Shown here: in pieces, positions 16,497 to 25,375 of the stretch
Layout: the number at the start of each line of letters is the position of its first letter
Numbering within the stretch: position 1 is the first letter of the stretch
Assembly: GCA_016839765.1 (NCBI GenBank)
Contig: JAEOTP010000080.1
Location: forward strand, 1 to 27,979
From: Promethearchaeota archaeon
GTDB taxonomy: Archaea > Asgardarchaeota > Lokiarchaeia > Sigyniarchaeales > SOKP01
Reading direction: 5' to 3'
Length of the DNA: 27,979 bases
Position numbers and translations under genes: made by a program
The notes under the pieces: model-generated
Told to the model about the DNA's origin: nothing
Database searches by the model: none
Seen by the model: only the letters and a program-made list of their open reading frames with translations

Positions 16497-17303
16497 TTAT
16501 TGAGCTTCTATTTCAATTTTTTCAGTTAAAAAGTTATTTATCGCATTATGTACTCTTTCAGGATTTGGTTGGAAGAGAAAATGAGCAACATTATCTAACA
16601 TAATCAGTTTTGCTCCAGGGATTCTTTTTGAGAGTATTTCAGCATTTCCAGGCGGGACAATGACATCCTCTTTCCCATGAATTATTAAAGTAGGAGCTTT
16701 AATCTTCTTAAGTCTCATGCCTGAACTGAAACCCATTATTGCTTGTTTTTGGCGTTGAAAAGAATCTGATGAAATTGGTGTTTTTAGCATCAATTGTCTA
16801 TATGATTCTATGAAATCGGGATTATCTTTAATGAAATCTTCAGTAAAACTAAGGGATATAAAATCATCTGGTGTCATTTTCTTAGGGGCCATCATCTTTC
16901 GCATGATTTTGTTTGATGGTGGTATTTGTTTAGACCCTCCACAATGCGTACAACCAAGAATTAACCTTTCAACTCTATCAGGATAAGTAAGTGCTATTTC
17001 TTGGGCAATTAGACCCCCCATACAGACTCCAAGTATATGCGCTTTTTCTATATTTAAAGCATCCATTAAACCTACTGTATCATCAGCAAATAATTTCATT
17101 GAATAACCCATTGCTGGTTCATCAGTTTGCCCTGTACCTCTATTATCAAAAATGATGGTTTTAAAATTTTGTGAAGATGCTTCAATAATCTCTGGTGTCC
17201 ACCAATTGACATCACCTGCCATTGCCATTATCATGACATATGGAAAACCCTCTCCATGGATTTCATAATACATATTAATATCATTTACTTTTATTTTAGG
17301 CAA
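16497..17303 (-). CDS. Alpha/beta hydrolase (3-oxoadipate enol-lactonase-like) with a Cys at the nucleophile elbow
   Basis: FDNRGTG, GVCMGG in place of GxSMGG, HGKEDVIVP and AH. Confidence 0.9.
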   Translation of the reverse strand: MPKIKVNDINMYYEIHGEGFPYVMIMAMAGDVNWWTPEIIEASSQNFKTIIFDNRGTGQTDEPAMGYSMKLFADDTVGLMDALNIEKAHILGVCMGGLIAQEIALTYPDRVERLILGCTHCGGSKQIPPSNKIMRKMMAPKKMTPDDFISLSFTEDFIKDNPDFIESYRQLMLKTPISSDSFQRQKQAIMGFSSGMRLKKIKAPTLIIHGKEDVIVPPGNAEILSKRIPGAKLIMLDNVAHFLFQPNPERVHNAINNFLTEKIEIEAQ

Positions 17304-17494
17304 GTAAAAATCACTTCAATTTGTAATTATTGTTTCGCTAATTTTGGATTAATAGTATATTTTTAAGATTATTTAATATTTAATTTTTCGGGATTTGGTA
17401 TTTCATTTTAGAATAGGGGACCAACAATAATAATTAACTTTTTTTTAGATTTTTAATATCTTTATTTAACTCTTGAAAGTTTGATTGTGAAACT

Positions 17495-18283
17495 ATGAAA
17501 TTTATAGTATGTGTAAAACAAGTACCAGATACAACTGAGGTTAAAATTGACCCTGAAACTAATACTTTAATTAGAGAAGGTGTACCTAGTATCCTGAATC
17601 CCTTCGATCAGTTTGCACTTGAGGAAGCTATTAAAATAAGACAAGAAGGTGATGAGATTATTGTCATTTCTATGGGACCGCCACAAGCGAAAAAGGCCCT
17701 ACTTAAATGTCTTGCTTTAGGAGCTGATAAAGCAATCTTGCTAAGTGATAAAGCTTTTGCAGGTGCTGATACATGGGCAACATCTTATACACTTACTCAG
17801 TGTATCAGAAAAATTGGAGATTTTAACATTGTTTTTTGTGGTTTACAAGCCATTGATGGAGATACTGCTCAAGTAGGTCCTGAAATTGCTGCTCAATTAG
17901 GTATCCCTCAAATCACTTATGTTGAGAGTATTGAAAAATTAGAAGGGAAAAAACTCGAAGCAAAAGTACAGACAGATGATGGTTATAAAATTGTGGAAGC
18001 AAAACTTCCAGTCCTTATAACAGGAATAACATCGTCTTCGTTTGAACCAACTAATCCACCCATGATGAGTATAATGAAAGCAAATAAGAAACCTTTTTCT
18101 ACGTGGACTATTGATGATCTAGGAGGCAGCAGCGATAATTATGGATTGAATGGTTCATTAACCGAAGTTATAAAGGTATATTCACCCCCAGCAAGACAAC
18201 AAGGAGTTGTCATTGAAGATGAAAAACCAGATGCTGCAGTTCTAAAATTAATTGAATTATTATCAAAGGATAAGGTGATCTAA
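17495..18283 (+). CDS. etfB: Electron transfer flavoprotein beta subunit (FixA/CarD-like)
   Basis: CVKQVPD, NPFDQFALE, FAGADTWAT and QAIDGDTAQVGP motifs. Confidence 0.96.
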   Translation: MKFIVCVKQVPDTTEVKIDPETNTLIREGVPSILNPFDQFALEEAIKIRQEGDEIIVISMGPPQAKKALLKCLALGADKAILLSDKAFAGADTWATSYTLTQCIRKIGDFNIVFCGLQAIDGDTAQVGPEIAAQLGIPQITYVESIEKLEGKKLEAKVQTDDGYKIVEAKLPVLITGITSSSFEPTNPPMMSIMKANKKPFSTWTIDDLGGSSDNYGLNGSLTEVIKVYSPPARQQGVVIEDEKPDAAVLKLIELLSKDKVI

Positions 18284-19479
18284 TGTCCATAACGGTAGAT
18301 AAGGAAAAATGTACTGGGTGTGGGTTATGTGAAAAAGCTTGTCCATTCGGAGCGATAAAAATAGTGGAAAAAATTGCAGTAATAGGAGATGAATGTACTC
18401 TTTGTGGAGCCTGTGTTGATCAATGTAATTTAAAAGCTATATCTCTCCAACGAAAAAAACTTAAAGATGTTGACTTATCCCAATATCAAGATGTGTGGAT
18501 AGTTGCTGAAATAAAAGATGGTAAAGTAAGAAATGTATCTTTTGAATTACTAGGTAAAGCGATTGAACTTGCGGATGAGTTAATGCAAGATCCATGCGTC
18601 TTACTTATAGGAAATAATGTAACAAAATTTACTCAAGACTTTTCCAATCGCGGTGCTAAAAAAATTTATATTGCTGAAAATGAAGATCTTAAGGATTATC
18701 ATACCGAAACATACTCTTCTGTAATCACAGGAATAATTTCAAAATATAAACCAAATATTGTTTTATATCCAGCAACTATATCTGGAAGAGATTTAGCACC
18801 AAGGATAGCTGCAACTCTAGAATTGGGACTTACCGCTGATTGTACGGGTTTGTCTATTAAAGATGGGTTACTATTGCAAACAAGACCGGCGTTTGGCGGA
18901 AACATAATGGCAGATATTATATGTCCTATTACTCGGCCACAAATGGCAACAGTTAGACCTAATGTTATGGAAATGGCATCCGCTAATGATAATGAAAATA
19001 CAAAAATCATTGAAATACCTGTAAATGTAGATCTTCAAGGCTTAAAGATAAAAACCAAAGAAATAATCAGTGCATCCTCCTCTGAATGTGGTATTCCCGT
19101 TTGTGAGGCAGACATTATTGTTTCTGGAGGAAGAGGAGTAGGATGTCAAGAGAATTTTAAAATACTCGAAGATTTAGCGAATGTTTTAAAAGGAGCTGTG
19201 GGAGCAAGCAGAGCAGCAGTAGATTTAGGGTGGATTCCAAAATCACAACAAGTAGGACAAAGTGGAACTACAGTTTCTCCACGGATTTATATTGCATGCG
19301 GGATCTCAGGAACAATCCAACATTTAGTCGGAATGAAAAGTAGTGATATAATAATTGCAATAAATAAAGATCCTGAAGCTCCTATCTTTAATGTAGCTAA
19401 TTATGGGATTGTAGGCGATTTATGTGAAGTTGTACCTTTATTAACCGAAGCATTAAAGAAAAGATTAAGTGAAAATTAA
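18283..19479 (+). CDS. etfA: Electron transfer flavoprotein alpha subunit with an N-terminal 2x[4Fe-4S] ferredoxin domain
   Basis: CTGCGLCEKACP and CTLCGACVDQC; TRPAFGGN, QVGQSG and GISGTIQH; TAATG coupling to etfB. Confidence 0.96.
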   Translation: MSITVDKEKCTGCGLCEKACPFGAIKIVEKIAVIGDECTLCGACVDQCNLKAISLQRKKLKDVDLSQYQDVWIVAEIKDGKVRNVSFELLGKAIELADELMQDPCVLLIGNNVTKFTQDFSNRGAKKIYIAENEDLKDYHTETYSSVITGIISKYKPNIVLYPATISGRDLAPRIAATLELGLTADCTGLSIKDGLLLQTRPAFGGNIMADIICPITRPQMATVRPNVMEMASANDNENTKIIEIPVNVDLQGLKIKTKEIISASSSECGIPVCEADIIVSGGRGVGCQENFKILEDLANVLKGAVGASRAAVDLGWIPKSQQVGQSGTTVSPRIYIACGISGTIQHLVGMKSSDIIIAINKDPEAPIFNVANYGIVGDLCEVVPLLTEALKKRLSEN

Positions 19480-19636
19480 TAGAAATAATAATTTCACTCT
19501 TTTTATTGAAACTAAAATTTTAATGGAAACTAAAATATAAGTCTAAAGAGTTAGCTATTTTAAACTTTAAATTTATTAAAGTTGAAATAATAGTTAATTC
19601 AAAACAGAATATAATTTTAATAAAGAGGGATTAAGA

Positions 19637-20926
19637 ATGGCAAGATTTATGACGCAAGTCATTAAGGATGAAATTCTTGAAAAACTAAATCTTGAATATA
19701 GATATAAGTTACTGAATGAAAATTTAATACCTATTTTATCGGAGGATCAATTTGATTTTCTTAAAACTATTCAAGAATTTTGTTTAAAATTTGAGAAAGA
19801 TAACAATATTACTCATGGCCCTGAAGAGGATATTTATGAATGGTATCCATATTTTGGAAAGGAAGGTTTTATTACTCGCCAGCATAATTTTGAGGTGATT
19901 GGGGAAAATTATAACCAATATGGATTAGCTATGGATTTTATGAGGACACTAGCTTTAGATTTCTTCGACCCTCAACTGGCTATGAGTTTTGGAGCAACTG
20001 TAATCGGAATTAACCCCATATATGAACATCATGAAAACGTTCCTGTAAGGTTAGAAGCATTAAAAGAATTAGTAACTGGTCGAACTCCCGGTTGTCTTTT
20101 GATAACTGAACCAGAAAGGGGATCTGATGCTGTACATCAATTAACTCTATGTGAAGAACAAAATGATGGTAGTTTTCTTCTCAATGGGGAAAAGGTATAT
20201 CAAACTAATGCCCCTAAATCCAAATGGGCAGTAGCTTATGCAACAGCAGAGAAAAATAATGGCAATAAAATGGCTCAATTTCTAATTAATACTTCTTGGG
20301 AAGGGTGGAATTGTGAAAGAGTATTAATCCCCTGGGTGCCTAAGCTTTATCTCGGAAAAGAAAATTTAGTTAATCTGAGAGTCCCAAAGGAATATGTTTT
20401 AGGAGGTGTAGGAAAGGGAAGAGATCATCTTTTTGAAGGATTAATACCAGAGCGGATCGCTATCGCATTACGAGGCGTTGCAGAAAGCTGGGGAGCTTTA
20501 TCACATGCAATTATCTATGCTAATATGAGAAAACAATTTGATAAAGAAATTTTATTCTTTCAAGGCGTAGGGTTTTTATTGACAGATTTATGGGCTAAAA
20601 CTACTCACCTAACTCATGCTTTATTAAAATTTTGTGAATCTTATGATGATAAAATGAGAAAGTATGAAGGAAATTTGCCTAGAAACATTTCTGAATCAAT
20701 GGTGGCAGCAGCAAGTCAATACAAATATAGTTGTGCTAAATTGAGTGAGCGTGTGTGCTATCAATGTGCTAATGTTATGGGAGGTGCAGGGTTATGCGAT
20801 AATACGTTAATGCATGACCTATTGAATATCTCTAGAATTCAAGAAATAATCGGTGGAGCTAGACAAATCCATAGTTTTATCATGTCACGCGGTTTGAGAA
20901 GGATGTTCCGCAATATAACAACTTAA
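19637..20926 (+). CDS. Acyl-CoA dehydrogenase family protein (divergent)
   Basis: TEPERGSD, NGEKVY, RKQF and MGGAG. The C-terminal IIGG lacks the MCAD-type Glu. Confidence 0.88.
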   Translation: MARFMTQVIKDEILEKLNLEYRYKLLNENLIPILSEDQFDFLKTIQEFCLKFEKDNNITHGPEEDIYEWYPYFGKEGFITRQHNFEVIGENYNQYGLAMDFMRTLALDFFDPQLAMSFGATVIGINPIYEHHENVPVRLEALKELVTGRTPGCLLITEPERGSDAVHQLTLCEEQNDGSFLLNGEKVYQTNAPKSKWAVAYATAEKNNGNKMAQFLINTSWEGWNCERVLIPWVPKLYLGKENLVNLRVPKEYVLGGVGKGRDHLFEGLIPERIAIALRGVAESWGALSHAIIYANMRKQFDKEILFFQGVGFLLTDLWAKTTHLTHALLKFCESYDDKMRKYEGNLPRNISESMVAAASQYKYSCAKLSERVCYQCANVMGGAGLCDNTLMHDLLNISRIQEIIGGARQIHSFIMSRGLRRMFRNITT

Positions 20927-20951
20927 TATGAGCGAAAAGTGATATACTAAA

Positions 20952-22175
20952 ATGAATAAAGTTGCTATAATTGGGGTTGGGCATACTAAATTTGGAGTTT
21001 TAGAAAATAAAGATTTATTAGATTTACTAAGTGAAGCATCACTTCAAGCTCTTGAAGATTCTAATACTGATGATAAGGATTTTGATTCGGTCTATGTGGG
21101 TGCCATGAGCCCAAATGCCTTTAACAATTTAAGCGGGATTGCAAGTGCCTTGGTTGATAGAATAGGGTTAATTCCCGCTGCAGCTGACCATATTAAAAAT
21201 GGTCCTGCAAGTGGCGGTTCAGCTGTGAAAGCTGGTTTTCAAGCAATTGCTTCAGGTATGAGCGAGCTAGTATTAGTAGTTGGAGGCGAAAAAATGACTC
21301 ACATCACTACCCCTGGATATATTACTTCAAATGTGGCTACTTTAACCCACCCCGATGCAGAGAGGCGCCACGGTGTTTCGCTTCCTTCTTTTGCTGGAAT
21401 GTTAACACGTATTTATCTAGAAAAATATGAAGCTAAACTTGAATGGATTTCTGATATTGCAATTAAAAACCATAAAAATGGAGCATTAAATCCAAAAGCT
21501 CATTTCCAGCGATCAATCGAAGACTTTATGAAAAATGCTATTCAAAAAGGGAAAGGTAATTGGAGTAGTATTTATGAATTCCTTGAAGATGATAATGCCA
21601 ACCCGATAATTGCTGATCCATTAAGACTTTTTCACATTTGCCCTATTTCAGATGGAGCTGCAGCATTAATTCTATGTAATGCTGATGTTGCAAAAACATA
21701 CTGCGATACTCCTATTGTAATCTCAGGTATTGGTCAAGCTACTGACACTCATATCATTTTTGAACGTGAAGAAATTACAACTTTAAAAGCTCTTAGAATA
21801 TGTTCAAACCAAGCATATAAGATGGCAAAAAAAAACCCTGAGGAAATGGATGTAGCTGAATTGCATGATGCTTTTGAGATTCTTGAGGCGATTCAATCAG
21901 AAGATATTGGCTTTTTCAAAAAAGGAGAGGGTGCTAAAGCGGCTCACGAAGGTTTAACTGAAATCGGCGGAAAAATTCCGATAAACCCATCGGGAGGCTT
22001 GAAAGCCCGAGGTCATCCATTAGGAGCTACTGGTGTTGCCCAGGTTGTAGAACTTGTTTGGCAATTAAGAGGAGAAGCAGGTGAGAGACAAGTCGATGGT
22101 GCAAAATCTGGAATAACATGTAATTTTGGTGGATTTGGAAACAATATTATATCAATTTTGGTTGAAAGGGTATAA
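20952..22175 (+). CDS. Thiolase-domain protein (SCP2/archaeal type) lacking the canonical nucleophilic Cys
   Basis: GGEKM, KNHKNG, SDGAAA, ELHDAF and NPSGGLKARGHPLGATG. KNGPASGG sits where xNACASG is expected. Confidence 0.9.
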   Translation: MNKVAIIGVGHTKFGVLENKDLLDLLSEASLQALEDSNTDDKDFDSVYVGAMSPNAFNNLSGIASALVDRIGLIPAAADHIKNGPASGGSAVKAGFQAIASGMSELVLVVGGEKMTHITTPGYITSNVATLTHPDAERRHGVSLPSFAGMLTRIYLEKYEAKLEWISDIAIKNHKNGALNPKAHFQRSIEDFMKNAIQKGKGNWSSIYEFLEDDNANPIIADPLRLFHICPISDGAAALILCNADVAKTYCDTPIVISGIGQATDTHIIFEREEITTLKALRICSNQAYKMAKKNPEEMDVAELHDAFEILEAIQSEDIGFFKKGEGAKAAHEGLTEIGGKIPINPSGGLKARGHPLGATGVAQVVELVWQLRGEAGERQVDGAKSGITCNFGGFGNNIISILVERV

Positions 22176-22212
22176 CACAAAGATAATTCTTAGAAAAATT
22201 TTAAATAGAGAC

Positions 22213-24108
22213 TTAGAGAAATTGTTTTATTTCAGTAAGGAAAAGATCTGCTATTGTTAGCCATTTTTCTTTGGTTTCTGAATCTGCTATGCTTTCACTT
22301 GTCAAGGATTTTCCATTTTTAAGATTTTCAATTGCTATATCGAACTGTTTAAGTTCCTTATAGCAGATTCCTAGCTTAATATAAGTTTGATTAATAAACC
22401 ACTCATCGCCGACTATTTCAATTGCTTTTAAGAATTTTTCTATAGCTTGTTCATATTCTTCATTATACATTAGGAGTTCTCCGTATGTATCATGATAAGT
22501 TCCATTATCAGGAGCTTTATCGACGAGTTCTTGAATTAATTTTAATGCTTCTTCTTTTCTATTTGAATACTGCAACCAATAAACTTTATAATTAAGGAGA
22601 TCATAATTTTCAGGATATTGCTCAAGTAATTCATTGATGATATCTAAACCACTTTCTATATCTCGCATCCTTCTAAGAACTGATGCTTTTTTCATCTTAA
22701 TATCAATTTCACTTTCATGGAATATCTCCAGCATCTCATTTAATAATTGTAATACATCCTCTAATTGTTCAAAATAAAGCAAAATTGAGATTTTTGAATT
22801 GTATAAATCGATATTATCTGGATCAGAAGCGATTTTTTTGTCAATCTCTCTAACTTTTTCTTCAAACTGGTTTTTTAAATCTTCGGAACTCTGTGATTGA
22901 AATAACTCCATCATATCTTGCCAGATTATTCCTTCTAGTTTATCCATTCTCTCTTTAAATTCTACTTTCGCTTCGATCTTATACGCTAAATAATTAATGT
23001 ATTCATGCAAAAATTCACTTAATGATTCTTTAAAACTTTCATTGAATAAAAGCCCACAAATATCATCTAAGATATTATTAATAATGGTACGTAAATCTAA
23101 TGATTTTGAAAATAACTTGTTTAAATAAGTAAACTTAGTTATATGTTCTTCTGTTATTGCCCGAAGCATAACCTCTACTCTATCATCTTCTTGGAAATAA
23201 TAGTATTCATTTTGGGGGAGAATTAATTTAAAGAAGTTTATTGGATAGATTTTTTTATTAACGATCTCATCAACATAATACTCTAATTTGGATTTCTCAA
23301 TCCTATATTTGTTTGAAAAATCTTCAATAGAAACATAATTAGGATATTGATTCAGGTGATTCATCGAAAGAAAAAGTAGTATCTTAGCAAAATCCTCCTC
23401 ATCTGTTAACATGCCTTTAACGCGTGCATAATCTAATTTTATAGCATTATTGAGATACCTAAATTGAATATCTTCATCCTTTATATCATATTTGTAAAAG
23501 AACTTTATGGTTTTTTTTGTAATTTCTTCAATTCTTTTACTTTCTTCATTCAAGATTGATTGCCTGTCTAAATCATAATTTTGTAGCATTCTTGAATATT
23601 CTAACTTACCTGAACGAGTAATTCGATACTCCTTACTTTCTTTTATTACAAATCCTATGTCTATTAAAAGGTTCATGTTATTTGATAATGATGATTGATT
23701 AATGCTGAGAGGTTCAGCAAGAAAATCAGACCATTTTAAATTACTATTATTATACACCATCCACAGAATCCAATCGTCATATTTTCTTTTTCTTTTAATA
23801 ACTTCAGGCGGATAGTTTAATTTTATTTTCTTACCACGAGTTCTTGATACTTCATTAAATCTTTTTATACCTTCAGGAGTTATCTTATAAAGACCTCGAG
23901 AATAATGTTCTACAAATCCCCTGCTTTTTAATATGTTAAAATATTTAGATAACGTTGAGGTGCTAAATCCAAGCGGCTCTTGAGTAAAATAAGACCATTG
24001 GCATTCATCATTGTTCGCTAACATCCAAAGAATAATATGTTCAAAATTTCTTTTTCCAATTTTAGGTTTTTTAGATATCTCTTTAGGAGGATAATTTACT
24101 ACAGTCAT
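22213..24108 (-). CDS. Tandem winged-helix plus C-terminal TPR protein (putative regulator)
   Basis: Two internal repeats NYPP..ILWM..N...W..F..EPL....LS......L...GFV....Y.IT..G; TPR-like repeats from about residue 410. Confidence 0.8.
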   Translation of the reverse strand: MTVVNYPPKEISKKPKIGKRNFEHIILWMLANNDECQWSYFTQEPLGFSTSTLSKYFNILKSRGFVEHYSRGLYKITPEGIKRFNEVSRTRGKKIKLNYPPEVIKRKRKYDDWILWMVYNNSNLKWSDFLAEPLSINQSSLSNNMNLLIDIGFVIKESKEYRITRSGKLEYSRMLQNYDLDRQSILNEESKRIEEITKKTIKFFYKYDIKDEDIQFRYLNNAIKLDYARVKGMLTDEEDFAKILLFLSMNHLNQYPNYVSIEDFSNKYRIEKSKLEYYVDEIVNKKIYPINFFKLILPQNEYYYFQEDDRVEVMLRAITEEHITKFTYLNKLFSKSLDLRTIINNILDDICGLLFNESFKESLSEFLHEYINYLAYKIEAKVEFKERMDKLEGIIWQDMMELFQSQSSEDLKNQFEEKVREIDKKIASDPDNIDLYNSKISILLYFEQLEDVLQLLNEMLEIFHESEIDIKMKKASVLRRMRDIESGLDIINELLEQYPENYDLLNYKVYWLQYSNRKEEALKLIQELVDKAPDNGTYHDTYGELLMYNEEYEQAIEKFLKAIEIVGDEWFINQTYIKLGICYKELKQFDIAIENLKNGKSLTSESIADSETKEKWLTIADLFLTEIKQFL

Positions 24109-24188
24109 AATTTTTGAAATCTAAATTTATGTTTTTTAATTATAATTAGGTTTTTATTTCTATTTATATTAAACAAACTTTTTGAAAA

Positions 24189-24200
24189 ATTCGAACTTCG
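24189..24200. repeat. ATTCGAACTTCG motif copy 1 (CGAAnTTCG palindrome)
   Basis: Exact 12-mer shared with 25124-25135 (reverse strand) and 27421-27432. Confidence 0.7.
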
Positions 24201-24254
24201 AAATAAGTTTCATCTTAAAAACTATTCAACGAAGTATATATAAAAAAAAAAGAT

Positions 24255-24334
24255 ATATAGAATGGAGGGATAGTGGTTTAGGTGTGGTCATTCGAGAAGC
24301 CAATTATCTAAACTTGTTCCTCCTTTTTCTATAT
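24255..24334 (+). ncRNA. Candidate small structured RNA / long hairpin
   Basis: GGAGGGATAG/TTGTTCCTCC, GTTTAGGTG/TATCTAAAC and TGGT/GCCA helices contain G-U pairs valid only on the + strand; TATA-like sequence upstream and a T tract downstream. Confidence 0.4.
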
Positions 24335-24380
24335 TATAAATTATAGATATACACTTTTGCTTATATGTCTCCATTGGATT

Positions 24381-25031
24381 TTATTCAAAAATTATTATAT
24401 CTTCGTAGGGCCAGACTTCTTCTCCCTCAGGTGTATAAGTTTGGTACATATGGAGAAATACCGCTCCTGGCATCCCTGGAGTAAAATCAAACTTTGCCGC
24501 ATATTCAGTAAATACACCACATCCAAAGCCAATCGAATATGATGATACCCATTCACCTACAGCCCCAGACCATAACTGAAATATTTTTGGTATTTCCATT
24601 CCCGGTTCAGGAAGGATAAATACAGATCTATCGATACAGCAATACTTTGTATCTGAAAAAATATCCTGTTCTTTCCAGTCATTCCAGTCTTGTAAACCAT
24701 AAAGGTTTATTCTACAATTTTTTACCACAACGAATACTGTAATCTCAGCGCGTCCATCATCCAATAATTTTTCTTTGATATATCCACAATATTGATCGGG
24801 ACTCTCAATTAACGGTCTTAAGAGAAATCCTTCAGGAAGGAGATTCTCATTAGTTCCATAACCATATACTACACGTTCATTATTTATTAACCAGTCGCTG
24901 AATGGTCTATAAGTTACTCGTTGTCGTTGCCCCCAAGCATTCACACTTATTATTGGAGCGAAACTCAGAAGGATAAGCACTAGAGCGAGAAACAAGTAAG
25001 TTGCTTTTATTGATTTTTTCATTTTTTTCAC
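24381..25031 (-). CDS. Hypothetical secreted or membrane-anchored protein
   Basis: Signal-peptide-like N-terminus (KK..YLFLALVLILLSFAPIISVNA|W). The ATG at 25022 is an alternative start. Confidence 0.75.
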   Translation of the reverse strand: MKKMKKSIKATYLFLALVLILLSFAPIISVNAWGQRQRVTYRPFSDWLINNERVVYGYGTNENLLPEGFLLRPLIESPDQYCGYIKEKLLDDGRAEITVFVVVKNCRINLYGLQDWNDWKEQDIFSDTKYCCIDRSVFILPEPGMEIPKIFQLWSGAVGEWVSSYSIGFGCGVFTEYAAKFDFTPGMPGAVFLHMYQTYTPEGEEVWPYEDIIIFE

Positions 25032-25117
25032 TTTTTGTTAAATTTCTCTAGGATCATCGAAATGATGATCAATAAGAAATTATACATTGCTTATTTATTT
25101 AGTTTTATTACACGAAC

Positions 25118-25135
25118 TTTTCACGAAGTTCGAAT
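25118..25135. repeat. 18-bp motif TTTTCACGAAGTTCGAAT (inverted copy of 27421-27438)
   Basis: Exact reverse complement of 27421-27438. Confidence 0.8.
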
Positions 25136-25375
25136 ATAAGAGAAAGTTTTAGAAGAAAATTCTATGTATTAAAGGAGATGCTACCAGCATACCCTTTTAT
25201 GAATGTTGATAAAAAAATCTTTATTGATAAAAGTGTTTCCCTTAATGCGTAGATTCAAGTTTTTATTGATAATTTAATTTAATTTAATTTTAATTATATT
25301 TAAAATGGAAATTTTCTTAATATGCAAATTATATCTGAAAAATTATAATCCAAGTTTTTCCAAAAACGGTTTTAT

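Noticed and set aside
24189-24202. LexA (Cheo) box or eukaryotic heat-shock element reading of the GAA/TTC motif
   Set aside because: The spacing matches neither CGAAC-N4-GTTCG nor nGAAnnTTCn arrays.
25171-25252. Small hairpin (ATGCT/AGCAT) and a 24-codon ORF MLPAYPF... upstream of the TPR gene
   Set aside because: The SD-like GGAG directly abuts the ATG, the stem is short and there is no compositional signal; insufficient support.
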